Source of the DNA: a virus
Lineage: Duplodnaviria; Caudoviricetes
Virus record (IMG/VR): IMGVR_UViG_3300005077_000024
Coordinates: 1-53,173 of that record
Strand: one strand, 5' to 3'
Length of the DNA: 53,173 nt
The position numbers and the translations under genes were made by a program. How positions within the stretch are numbered: the stretch's first letter is position 1; every line of letters begins with the position of its first letter. Positions 20,001-26,658 of the stretch are shown piece after piece. The notes below the pieces were generated by a model, which searched no databases, was not told where the DNA came from, and saw nothing but the letters and a program-made list of their open reading frames with translations.

Positions 20001-22409
20001 GAAGATACTCGGATTATTGAGTCTTTCTTTGGTGTGCAGAAGGGGGTGTGGACCGAGGCTCAGGAAGAGTCCTTTGCAGACCACTGGAGTGCCTATCTGA
20101 TGTCCGGTAAGGCTCCTACACCAGAACTGCAGTCTGTGTTCGAGCGGCTCAAGCACTGGTTGACTGAGATCTACTCAGCCTTACTGGGTAGGGCTCCAAG
20201 GCCTGACATGCCCACAGAGATCCGGTCGGTGTTCAACCGTCTGCTTACTGGAGAGTATGGTGGTGTAGAAGAAGCCGCTGCTAGAAGCAGATGGTACACA
20301 GAAGACGCTCTGAAGGAGGCAGCTGACGGTGCGGTTTCTCCTGCTAACCTCAATAAGGTAGGCTTTCGCTACTACCGGGATGCCGATGGGTCCGTTAAGT
20401 GGACTAGCATGCCTGGGAGTGGGGAGGTTACCAAAGACCAGTTTGAGTCCTGGATGTTAGCAGAAGGAAAGATGCTGGAGAACAGCCTCGTGCCAGAAGC
20501 TCAAATGGCTCGTAGAGCCTCGAAGGCAGCCAGGGTTGCTCCAGACATGCCGATACCTAGTTCAGAGGATGCAGCTCGGCGTAATGGATATACAGCGGCC
20601 CAGTTGATAGATCAGGTGATTGCTCAGTCCGATGCGATGCTTGATATACCAGCCGCAGCTGTCCCTTCAGAGCGTGGACTGCCAGATGAGTGGGAGAGGT
20701 TTATCAACCAACTCCACGGCAGGTTGTCTGAGACATACATGGTAGCGTCTAAGTACGCTACTGCAGCTCGGAATGAGTTGCTGCTAGACTACGGAGACCG
20801 GCGAGTTATGGATCCCTTCCTCCAACTGGTCTTCCCGTGGGGCTACTGGCACTCTCGGGCGGTTCCTAGTTGGATGTGGATTCTAGCACGCCACCCAGCC
20901 GCAGTCGCTGTGTACGCACGGTTCCGGCAGACAATGGAGAAGATGAATGCTGGTGACCCTGAGATCCCAGAGTGGGCCCGTGGCCAGATCCCTCTGCATC
21001 TGCCAGGCATGCCAGAGCCCGTTCTGTGGGATATGGAGTCTACTCTGGTTCCTGTGCAAAGTATCTTCGACACCTTCGACGACCCAGACCGTGAGAAGGA
21101 CGGGTTCGGCCGCGCGGTGGCTGCCTTGGGTAAGTATGGACCCGCTACGCATCCACTGCTTATGGCTGCGTATGCTGCCGAGCGGTGGCTGCTGCATGGT
21201 GACACAGAAGCCTCACGGTCGTTTGGCTACCTTGGGCCTTCTTCACGAGCGTTTGCTAGCGTTACAGGTTCCCCGGTGGAGCCTTGGTTATGGCTACGTG
21301 AACCTCAGACAGGTCAGGTGCAGCCGTTTACAGGTGGAACGAAGTGGCAGTTAGGGAAGGCAGGGAGATACTCAGCAAGACACCTACCGCAGGAATATGC
21401 GGTCGAAGCGGCTGCTACTAGGTACGGGCCTGTGTTCGAGCAGGCGCTTACTAAGGTGCGAGAGATGCAGCGGGCACCGATCCTACTGAGTCTCCTGACC
21501 GGCCTGCGGCTCACGCCGCGCCCTGGGTGGGAGAAGGATCTTACTGTGCTGTCTGCACGGTACGCATCTAACCTGGACAAAGGGATGACCAGCCAGCAAG
21601 CAGCAGAGGATGTACTGTCAATCGCCCCCTGGCTAAGTACCGCCTGGATGGCATATGACACAGACCGTGAGAGGACCGCGGCGCTGGCTTATGATGTGTT
21701 CGACCGTATGCCACCCGGAGCCCCTACCGAGGACTTTCTTACAGCGGCGGGGCTGTCAAGGGCAGCACGAGACCAGTTTTATGCAGACAAAGGAGACCTA
21801 ACGGGATGGACTAGAGCTGACTATGAGGCGTTCATGCGCGGTGTGGTCAACCTAGCACAACTTCTGAAGTGGCCAGCCTCTGCTACTATGAAGGAGTGGG
21901 AGAAGGCCCGGAAGGTGCGTGGGGACCTTATTGACCAGGCGAATAAGGAGTACCCGGAAGCCCAGCCAGCACAGCAAGAGTACTACCGGCTGAAGGCTGT
22001 AGGGGATACTGCAGGGGCAGACGCCCTTGCGCAATCATCCAACTTGTACAACTACTGGAACTGGCTGAACGAGAGAACGCTCGAGGACCCACTACTACTC
22101 AAGTACTACGCAGACCCTGAAGATGTTGACCGGATGGCCAAGACAATCATGTACCGAACTGCACAAGCTACCTGGGCTAACATACTAGAGATACAAGATG
22201 AGTACTACAGAACTGGACAGCAAAAATCCTTCCTGCGTGCCCATCCTGAACTCATTGAGTACTGGAAGTGGAAGGGACCTGCGTTAGAGCAGATCACTGC
22301 AGCACTGGCGGATGCCCGGAAGCAGGCGGGTGCTGGTGCTGTAAAGCCACCATTGAAGTCACCTGCACAACCTAACCTGGCGCAACGCGCCGCTATGCAA
22401 GAGTGGTAA
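8055..22409 (+). CDS. Giant (4784 aa) polyvalent-type, probably ejected virion protein
   Basis: Uninterrupted 14.3-kb ORF; three E-x-QSD[WY]H modules; HEILH (~15534) and STVFHEVGH...ESFA..W..YL..GKAP (~19962) zincin-like motifs. Confidence 0.85.
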   Translation: MSKIGPPPTVDIEKERPVPPPPPAAPTDKVMLVPPPGTGGNGNGGLRPPPPPPSPITKARLGPPPEDWTPTRTALTAPGSPPISTPETGTTTTTAPTAGAEGPPSILGEEVPVGTSETPEFEVQPPTVVPADIVPKHPRDLGFPDVESKNPLEKWAYEGWTQLDQAWWGYIQEHATRRWEQFLAVKDEQRAYEPITPASFGDVVLNVLEHPITRKLNAALALWNVPAEAEEVLLGSAFYNQERDWMGVRTPAEQRAWAASMFVTYSGPEARRDLYKRIRAEGDNVTDARIEELAADVVEEYGSMWKEMVGQVAFDPLQIVDMVSGSVSKLTKLAAFEREVTTLDLRPTQELRKLWVEAGTRGGQFRYEINALDKAKAAVMPRLPETMRYQALGEASQVVENEAGQVRHLVEARLRRAGLERGTPEWVEAFNREYSNTMGGVMAQWTRLADDDPEIVRQAAEAFQETVLGRVPSSRAGRRAAIILKEMLVDDEGNIGDLTKMLDLGKREGWQAAELADAWGAKAQKVMEKLIPDPPGMWGATRAVQAILRKRQPIDKVFSRLYMGMSIGYPVRNMMDNIARGFLEGFADGASEARMRALDEIVGSRVRVAHKGIGPAGTQERPGFTTLGIWLGNKGEEISSAHIVHSAREFAIKHLAPKALLEVEVPASASAEMRHWLDARMSRISRLGPQDVEVLRDEIMDYLGHLGVKKDAQVTMRPWAQPGSDLEELLGNVPGLQEDIERAAREAGSDQKLYVRKLRELQRKYGQRVKQVTEAVQDVPIGPAKGTMAGTATRQAGAIITNEQELEELAAQLAAHEASIYRSRAMAMASALTGPQPQLALKQIQEFEAKWLSTASEIKGRQVELWGKALKGDLTVQEYKEQLLRMYASAHNFVDDGYSKAIADLWSGYRVVNQVDEAGPLSVLARALGEEFAAIGKYSVKVPGEEVAADASVLYARLQLHEIKGSPSLTNFLKKHHGKGLEQFTPKERFELLNSLRQARGAEPFENGTALMEHYRQRVRVGEALARKPFFEPMRPVPLRPQGYEMGDAEWYGKGVLWQRPPTGDPSNLYSWLTPTTETLVDHPKAPGGGSGAAWEAWYRKQPGVTQEEMEFTGLQDYLALHKGDKLSRDDIRNFLDTHRRNFKLVGTSGYKPWSLFPSASDSYEIVLFSQPGMIGSASEVHWATNSPVVFHTRFQRVTDLDGRRLLAVDEMQSDWHRAMESSPLLTPDQKRLVEEMGGRNLPNIALSHEEMYAARGVRIEGDSITVDGIGTLGVKRKDSRYWNQDGFLRTAQAYVAERMLLPTPPELKPRVVMSIEMEEPFDIFDATIRLTYPDGTWKDANMYQLHSIVSRYYEVSGKFSKVGSAELFPWPDGKVSVLSYDNTGMPRLHLEKVDPDYAIKFAEALSLLNRLEPAPWADNAWKNVGLRYLLERAAGEGLDGVVITPGREQVLRYLPTRANGCTHVTYYKTQGDKYRVDYAYRPGWEDVVFRTLDWKQLTEFHPEVDPTKIQGSTVFDRLEAGERVTLTIDEVAEALVNSDYFITQHDTDLKKMAGGLEYQYDRDIPSRLAKIAKKMGMEVEDGILAGPEDLARQGDPNQLVQFKGVYFTPEAKSTLKEVNFPMWQTAGPRPMADLLTPNAELALRGKTPGRASGEVWLKWFHNQPGRLERELRISGMEDFLKEAKGTLTEAEILENIRARTVRTVAVTVPTGPTRRHGLYLEYTTWKGMAGSYRDYEEVLFTAPDLKPVPDYGSAHWLDEPQPDPAQIAAFEEWSRKHGQEFEYLYEYWHNHPAPLSSRGMSAREALDGYMQENNAPDGFERWWYESTTGELAEPDVDVELENLTETEVLAHARSTKVWDGEGGRWKVLEETQSDYHQRAVGVEGGGYIPETPAEVSAAESTGQALVERASSLRTTLRDNRVLGLFTERVADREQTVQEVIKALERLGVYYTPTPGTSLSWEVRLGKNKALVATMPITSSWEPDYPLMPSLPPVIGDWSEVEVILPQNHTRGALSLLTDRFLGNRVRYRYQGRELSIGELRNVFEPLNTRLWPPRARILSTKQGDVALVPVHDVLHAVPAESLAGIPQERWGLIREELRTTPPSQPVERAVWDRTWPELGLRWMLMRAAEDGDKGIIIIDSAEHFRRYGTEESKFFQTLYDKTLPKELERIGKRYGVTPKKVAVQPYNDEIQAKLQQEAVAKGDKALKTKVLPQEYLGLEITPEMRTDLLGKKPLPLFQTVEGELVPPPQRLNALVGPQTVWWTDRHDFMLYGTYEQARAAQLPRAARNYTFWVEPGTNRTVCTRGSKFHSADRLGLPEGTRLAEGAHVGDKLIIRPHNRIWRDFRAKEHDLGFLDILLNFEDAPPNTYVEWGTLTPQPLEHFVTNTAEAVGEPYTFKQMEKDIYRYTHSTEQTKALVTVARWYAGARALAGLESGNAWLREFLSGITTGDGVTSLLKLANFDAAVTALSGSTPYNRWMLLRQFDYTEPATILHEILHQVFDSAPLASKRTLLEEFTRMYPGLSYYDTVEYIVETFAAERLMRYRLDYDSFKDKVPLVAKDLYDALYVIAKTSDDISERVAMHTLRKPSRAAREVMQKLFLGGMLGQETRTVGGATTNTIPFLFQSEDAYRVFDSNIERALVNPKNPGRADGLAWLAWLKKQPGVTARELNLTGLEDFLDVREGVPLTRAEVVEAAKRGRPEVHIIQEPAVHHEFSIRDYQAFTSWPLMQNHYREVGFSMPKEYLVPNISTQYHWEPDSKIVFHVRMKDAYDAQGRKILLVEEIQSDWHKLGEQYGYRDSVPKGVTYAGDPPVSRAIWQKNYPTVGLRYALREAVAGGYDGVAITGGIEQFKRYYAVDMEGITKLTIIRDDILYGKAGETWYRLITEQRPGYLTSNLTLMDDADLEFFVHLTSSQKDTLRAGKLLVFEGDELVELIRSRARRIYGSEKLAHFQKMYDEDYPERLRKLATEYGLQTEKVVLRPAPNIVSDVEGTVTYLTPEAKQQIKSVKPLLFQSDQAPPALRAVEEGKVNKQYVVSLRDMALQETSTFAKLGDMIAEILKPKAKVMYLSGTDEGLVVVGRPEAQAICLQTVSAFDLPMDTKVVWYTYLSDTHTDQFTMRSGTLEELLEDPFGKPELVAPPSNLAPVSEAKVESKLAVMEAEGFYNIGGESEKILLPDSVLSPSENVYHFVYDPDSGTILFGSLGRSREQLQQDVRALRESAALIAPKPEAVSEVPTVAGMWVDGQLIVEARSKELTALLKKAGFPNATEVVDLRKDTIKPLGATEAVARRKKAKTLPEEAPPPPVAVEEPAPSVPASVVASEPDYGSILQEEAIWTSVYGPLSRLWGTGKTTAEAVRSKWRTDLPGNLWVYQTKPSGVVVQSSWEDRFSAIDAAVKHGFPADVPAVWVGELDGVRYQKSGTLQKLATGEDPLPAPKPEPDVGFPPKTKVVDLDETKSTLEQVAEGSATRPVKSQQPIAEEIPPALDPSLLSTVPKGSRLPFEDYADEEQLRGLLLPDGSMAIVTPGPHNVADGTGVEHIAIMQLLNVSEGEVLQFHMDVTKNKIAYLFVDSTHPVTGPELQPFLDAGVPKDVRVVRAVHDIVEEGELGDIVAGRGWEPEVRATPAEPRQPSAGYLWSDEDGELIYSTFDQMQSAAQLPQWPMVSMRKVGKQITFTRGAMHSGTSDEIVRGVFRLDGRLVITPGMKTFKTPFNDPQVQEYLELLTKSPGVPRTAVIEWPGTPRLPLFGEPPTPAVPLRPRAVELPPPPAPPVITASRKQFWEEVGKVGKPVRVELGEITAVLDPVEVRKGYTGVTIIPGQPTVVHGEVTTDDLRRLQDWGWPTNSPAVLESLGRTGKLGDLLFDLRPREPFTRTQFVDSLITDFRLSTDKVQDAMAIMDRLASAWAKDYNAKPADWWITFIQSVQRQVPAEWKYLLEKGPVKKGGVWFDPEDARAVIFAFQKADLSTVFHEVGHILRRQLRDEDTRIIESFFGVQKGVWTEAQEESFADHWSAYLMSGKAPTPELQSVFERLKHWLTEIYSALLGRAPRPDMPTEIRSVFNRLLTGEYGGVEEAAARSRWYTEDALKEAADGAVSPANLNKVGFRYYRDADGSVKWTSMPGSGEVTKDQFESWMLAEGKMLENSLVPEAQMARRASKAARVAPDMPIPSSEDAARRNGYTAAQLIDQVIAQSDAMLDIPAAAVPSERGLPDEWERFINQLHGRLSETYMVASKYATAARNELLLDYGDRRVMDPFLQLVFPWGYWHSRAVPSWMWILARHPAAVAVYARFRQTMEKMNAGDPEIPEWARGQIPLHLPGMPEPVLWDMESTLVPVQSIFDTFDDPDREKDGFGRAVAALGKYGPATHPLLMAAYAAERWLLHGDTEASRSFGYLGPSSRAFASVTGSPVEPWLWLREPQTGQVQPFTGGTKWQLGKAGRYSARHLPQEYAVEAAATRYGPVFEQALTKVREMQRAPILLSLLTGLRLTPRPGWEKDLTVLSARYASNLDKGMTSQQAAEDVLSIAPWLSTAWMAYDTDRERTAALAYDVFDRMPPGAPTEDFLTAAGLSRAARDQFYADKGDLTGWTRADYEAFMRGVVNLAQLLKWPASATMKEWEKARKVRGDLIDQANKEYPEAQPAQQEYYRLKAVGDTAGADALAQSSNLYNYWNWLNERTLEDPLLLKYYADPEDVDRMAKTIMYRTAQATWANILEIQDEYYRTGQQKSFLRAHPELIEYWKWKGPALEQITAALADARKQAGAGAVKPPLKSPAQPNLAQRAAMQEW

Positions 22410-23047
22410 AGGAGATCACAGTGGACACGTCGGTAATCGCTCCAGTGCCTGCGGGAGTAGAAGGGCAAAACCCCTCCACCCCAGTGACACCTGCGGAGCA
22501 AGTCACCGAAGATACCAGTGAGTTGCTGCCTACCCCAGAGGCGGTAGCTCCTCAGCCGGAGCGGGCTTACGATTGGCAGCGGGCTTACCAAACGCTCGCT
22601 GCCCAACACGCAGAGACCCAACGCCGGCTGGACCAGATGGAAGAGGCTGGGCTATCAGAGGAAGAGGTTACTAGGCGGCGCTTTGAGCGTGACCGGCAGG
22701 CTCTGCAGGACCAGCAGCGTCAGATGGCTGAGTTGATGTATGCTACTGACCTGCATGCTCTGTACTCCAAGTTCGTGCCGGCAGCGGCTATCAAAGGGGC
22801 TGATCCCAGTGAGTGGCAGACGTCCGTTCTCAGCTACATGCAGAATGAGAACGCGAAACTGCGGAAGCAACTGGAGACCCTGCGAGGAGCCAAGCCTGGA
22901 GAGACCGCTCAGAAGGTCACAGCCGGTGGGCCTACTACACCAGCACCGACCAAGAGTGCCTGGGACCTCACTCCAGAAGAGCGTGAAGCTCTGCTTGCGA
23001 AGGCCCGCATGGGCCGGCTGAAGGCAGAGGACCTACCTACGGGATAA
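22403..23047 (+). CDS. Probable capsid scaffolding protein
   Basis: Acidic Pro-rich N-terminus, coiled coils, immediately upstream of the major capsid gene. Confidence 0.7.
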   Translation: MVKEITVDTSVIAPVPAGVEGQNPSTPVTPAEQVTEDTSELLPTPEAVAPQPERAYDWQRAYQTLAAQHAETQRRLDQMEEAGLSEEEVTRRRFERDRQALQDQQRQMAELMYATDLHALYSKFVPAAAIKGADPSEWQTSVLSYMQNENAKLRKQLETLRGAKPGETAQKVTAGGPTTPAPTKSAWDLTPEEREALLAKARMGRLKAEDLPTG

Positions 23048-23057
23048 GGAGTTTACG

Positions 23058-24071
23058 ATGGCTACAACCTATGGAGCGCTTACCTATGAGCAGCGCTCGT
23101 TCTACGAAAGTGTGATGCTGCAGCGTGCGAAGCCGGCCTTGACCTACTTCGCGCTGGCGCAGAAGGGCTACTCGGTCGCGGTGCCTGAGCACCAGGGCAT
23201 GACTATCGACTGGCGTCTGATGGCCGCCCTTCCGGTGGTAACTGACTCTCTGACTGAGGGCCAGGTGCCTGACCCACATGATGTCTCCATCAGCCAGGTG
23301 ACTGCGACGGTCGCGGCCTACGGCGCCTACGTGCGCTACACACGTGAGGCGGCTATGGCCGGCATCGACAACCTGGCCGCAGCGACCTCTGAAGCCCTGG
23401 GTGAGCAGTCCGGCGACAGCCTCGACCAGCTCACACGTGACGTCCTGGTGGCCGGCTCAGTGGTCCAGTATGCGAGTTCGGCTACCCAGCGTGACCAGGT
23501 CACCGCTGCGATGGACATGACCGCGGCGGAGATCTGGGAGGCAGTGACCACCCTCAAGGTGGCCAAGGCCCAGCCCCTGGAAGATGGCCTGTTCGTCGGT
23601 ATCGTACATCCATATACGGTGTACGATATGTTCACTGATAGCACGATCCAGAACCTGATGTTCTACTCGAAGGACAGGGGTGAGCGCAATCCCCTGACCC
23701 GCGGGTACATCGGTGACTGTCTGGGCGTGCGCTGGTACGAGACGGCGAATGCGAAGGTCTGGGCCTCCGCCGGTTCGGGCTCTGCGAATGTGTACGGTAC
23801 CTTGATCCTGGGCAAGAACGCCTTCGGTATCGGTGGTCTGGCTGGGTTCATGCCCGGCAACGTCCCGACACCGAGCAGCCAGGTTCAGGGTGATGCGAAC
23901 ACGCTGAAGGAAGTCCGGCCGCTGCGCCTGATCAGCAAGGACTTCGGCAGCGCCGGCGCCGACGACCCGCTGGAGCAGAAGGCGTCTCTCGCGTGGTACA
24001 CGACCTACGTGACCAAGATCCTGCGGAACCCGTTCATGGTCCGCATCGAGCATGGTTGCACCAAGGGCTAA
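23058..24071 (+). CDS. Major capsid protein, N4-gp56 family
   Basis: LTEGQVP, YGAYVRYT, GIVHP, GDCLGVRWYET, TLILGKNAFG, GADDPLEQ, MVRIE motifs; strong AAGGAG RBS. Confidence 0.92.
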   Translation: MATTYGALTYEQRSFYESVMLQRAKPALTYFALAQKGYSVAVPEHQGMTIDWRLMAALPVVTDSLTEGQVPDPHDVSISQVTATVAAYGAYVRYTREAAMAGIDNLAAATSEALGEQSGDSLDQLTRDVLVAGSVVQYASSATQRDQVTAAMDMTAAEIWEAVTTLKVAKAQPLEDGLFVGIVHPYTVYDMFTDSTIQNLMFYSKDRGERNPLTRGYIGDCLGVRWYETANAKVWASAGSGSANVYGTLILGKNAFGIGGLAGFMPGNVPTPSSQVQGDANTLKEVRPLRLISKDFGSAGADDPLEQKASLAWYTTYVTKILRNPFMVRIEHGCTKG

Positions 24072-24120
24072 TAGCCCAGTTGAGTTGTTCAACCTGTAGA
24101 AAGCGCAGAAGGAGTATACC

Positions 24121-24531
24121 ATGGCGCGCTATCCGAACCGAACCATCCCTATCATCCTGACTGAGTTGGCGGTGATCACCGCCGCCGATGGTAAGGATCT
24201 GGTGACCATCCCCTTCTCGTGCACCATCTTCGACGTGCACATGAAGGTCGGGACTACCGGGTCTTCCAGCGGCAACAATGATGTGACTGTGTACTACACG
24301 GCCCCGACAGGCGGGGTCACTTCGAGTGGTGATCTGTGGACTGTGGCTTCCGGCGTCGGCCGCATCGCGTACAACGCGTCGGTCAAGTACTTGCGCTGGG
24401 CTGCTGCATCCTGCGCGATCACCAAGCTGGAAGCTGGCGGGACGTTGTCGCTGAACGTGGATGCGGTCGCAGGCGCGGGATCTCCCGCGGACCTGACGGT
24501 CATCCTCAACGTCTACCCGGCGGCGGCGTAG
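24121..24531 (+). CDS. Probable capsid decoration/cement protein
   Basis: Beta-rich 136 aa directly after the MCP; C-terminal LEAGGTLSLNVDAVAG..PADLTV pattern. Confidence 0.6.
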   Translation: MARYPNRTIPIILTELAVITAADGKDLVTIPFSCTIFDVHMKVGTTGSSSGNNDVTVYYTAPTGGVTSSGDLWTVASGVGRIAYNASVKYLRWAAASCAITKLEAGGTLSLNVDAVAGAGSPADLTVILNVYPAAA

Positions 24532-24550
24532 CGGGTAAAGGAGGCCAACG

Positions 24551-25165
24551 ATGACGCGCGACATCGTGGCAGCCTTGAAGGGGTCGGCTGTCACTGCAGA
24601 CAAGCAGAAGGCAGCCGATCCCACCCTTGACTCCCTGCTGTCCCGCATGGAAGCCATCGAAGCACAGATGCGCCTCCAAGCCGGGAAGTTGGCAGCAGCG
24701 GAGGAAGAGAACGCGCGGTTAGCCGAACTGCTCCGCGATGAGGCGGAGCAGAAGGCACGCGCAGTCGAGGCACTAAAGGTCGCCCAAGCGGAGGCGATCA
24801 AGTTGAGAGAGCGCCCACCACTCTCGAAAGAAGAGCAGCAGCAGACTCTCAGAGAGGTCCAAGCACAGGCGCACGCCCAGCACCAGAGGAAGAGAGCTCA
24901 GTTCCAAGAGGCACTGAAAAATAGCCTCCGTGCAGCAGTGTTCAACCCAGGGCCTGCCGTAGTGCTGACAGTCAACGGTGTGTCTGTGACCATCGAGACA
25001 GGGAGGAACGAGGTCCCTGCTCCGTTCCTGTCTGCCTGGGAGACCTACCAAGAGGACCTCCTAGTGGCCGAGCAGCGGGATGCTATAGTGCGCGGTGGTA
25101 ACGTGTCCTACGGGGTCTTGGACAACTGGGTGGCTCAGGGGCGTGTGGACGTTCCTACCGTCTAG
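24551..25165 (+). CDS. Coiled-coil hypothetical protein
   Basis: GGAGG RBS; long heptad region then a small beta domain (LTVNGVSVTI..GRNEVP). Confidence 0.7.
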   Translation: MTRDIVAALKGSAVTADKQKAADPTLDSLLSRMEAIEAQMRLQAGKLAAAEEENARLAELLRDEAEQKARAVEALKVAQAEAIKLRERPPLSKEEQQQTLREVQAQAHAQHQRKRAQFQEALKNSLRAAVFNPGPAVVLTVNGVSVTIETGRNEVPAPFLSAWETYQEDLLVAEQRDAIVRGGNVSYGVLDNWVAQGRVDVPTV

Positions 25166-25177
25166 GGAGGTTGTATA

Positions 25178-26266
25178 GTGGCTACACTAGCAGAGATCAG
25201 GCGTAGTATAGGGGCTCGCACGGGCCAGCCCTTTTTCCGACGGGCGGGTGCTGGCTACATGACAGCAACCGGCGGGACGACCCTGACGTTGATCGACACC
25301 AACTTCCTTCTGCAGGCGGACGATTACTGGAATGGCCAGAGCGTCTATGTATGCACCCAGCAGATGAGCCGGGTCATCAACGACTTCGTCCAGACTACGA
25401 AGACTATCTCGTGGCTGGAGCCTATCACCGCCGTAGCGGCCGGAAACACGTATGAGATCTGGTCCCAGTTCACGCCGATCGAGGTCCACAATGCCATCAA
25501 CCAGGCGCTGCGGGATGCCTGGCCGTTCTTCTTCGACCAGGTAACCACAACGCTGGCAGTGCAGGAAGGGATGGTCAACTACGCTCTATCTTCTCTGACG
25601 ACTACTCCCAAGTGGCTTGCTCAGGTGTGGCTTGAGGTTCCTTATGCGAGTTACGTCAGCACAGCAGACGCCTCGCCGGGTGCCCAGGACTACCTGAAGG
25701 ACGCCGATCAGACGTTCACAAGCGACGATGTGGGTAAGGAGATCAGAATCTACGACGGGACGAGTGCAGGAGATGTACGTACTGTCTCAGCGCTGGTGAG
25801 TTCTAGCATCCTGCAGGTGAGTGAGGACTTCACTACCACCTTGGATGCTACCAGTAAGTACCGCCTGGTGGATGTCACGACTGAGCAGCCCAAGTGGGTG
25901 TTCCTGCCGTACTGGAGGACAGATAAGAAGAACACTCCGACGTACCTGAGGCTTACAGCACCGCTTGCAGGGAGTGAAGGTCTGCTCCTGCGGTTGGTGT
26001 ATGAGGCAGAGTATGAGGCGCTCTCTGCGGAGACCGATGATACCTCATGCCCTCAGGAGTACGTGGAGCTGGCTGCTATAGCGCGCCTCTACTTGACTAA
26101 GGCAACCTCTGCACCGCCGTCCGAAGCAAAAACCTGGCCCGTGCTACAGCGCTCGTTTGCTGAGGCCGCTCAGATGTTCGCTCTGAAGAACCAGTTCAAG
26201 CATCTTGAGGGGACTATGCAGCGTTCTGTAGGACTGAGATCACTACCTAGTGACTATCCGTTCTAG
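25178..26266 (+). CDS. Probable head-tail adaptor with two inserted beta domains
   Basis: Starts MATLAEIR; INQALRDAWP helix; LSAETDDTSCPQEYVELAA C-terminal pattern typical of adaptors. Confidence 0.65.
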   Translation: MATLAEIRRSIGARTGQPFFRRAGAGYMTATGGTTLTLIDTNFLLQADDYWNGQSVYVCTQQMSRVINDFVQTTKTISWLEPITAVAAGNTYEIWSQFTPIEVHNAINQALRDAWPFFFDQVTTTLAVQEGMVNYALSSLTTTPKWLAQVWLEVPYASYVSTADASPGAQDYLKDADQTFTSDDVGKEIRIYDGTSAGDVRTVSALVSSSILQVSEDFTTTLDATSKYRLVDVTTEQPKWVFLPYWRTDKKNTPTYLRLTAPLAGSEGLLLRLVYEAEYEALSAETDDTSCPQEYVELAAIARLYLTKATSAPPSEAKTWPVLQRSFAEAAQMFALKNQFKHLEGTMQRSVGLRSLPSDYPF

Positions 26267-26277
26267 AGGGGAATGAA

Positions 26278-26658
26278 ATGCAACTAGACATCATCCAGGT
26301 TCTCGTCCAAGTCCCCTTGGTGGCCGCGATCATCTGGTTTACGCTGCGAGTAGTCCGGATCTTCTTGGACTCGAACGAGCGTGCAGAGGAGAGAGCGTCA
26401 CGCTCAGTCAGTGAGTTGCGCCAGGTAATCGAGAACAACAACGCCATTCTCCAGCGTGTGTGTCTGCGTGTAGAGACTGTAGACGCAGAAGTCCAAGAGG
26501 CTCAGGCCACGAGGAAGGCGATGATAGATGCTCTCGCCAGGTTGCAGGAAGGCCTAGCCCAGATGCAGAAGGCCTCTGAAGCCCACGACACGTATGTACG
26601 TAGTCAGTGGGGGGAGCTGGCCCGGTGGAGGGAAGGGAATGCCGAGAAGCCACGTTGA
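26278..26658 (+). CDS. Single-TM plus coiled-coil protein (holin-like)
   Basis: Hydrophobic N-terminus IIQVLVQVPLVAAIIWFTLRVV followed by a coiled coil. Confidence 0.55.
   Translation: MQLDIIQVLVQVPLVAAIIWFTLRVVRIFLDSNERAEERASRSVSELRQVIENNNAILQRVCLRVETVDAEVQEAQATRKAMIDALARLQEGLAQMQKASEAHDTYVRSQWGELARWREGNAEKPR

Noticed and set aside
8055-22409. Giant protein as an N4-like virion RNA polymerase or a tape measure
   Set aside because: No T7/N4-type or DxDGD polymerase motifs seen; globular repeated modules rather than tape-measure periodicity; no tail tube genes recognised
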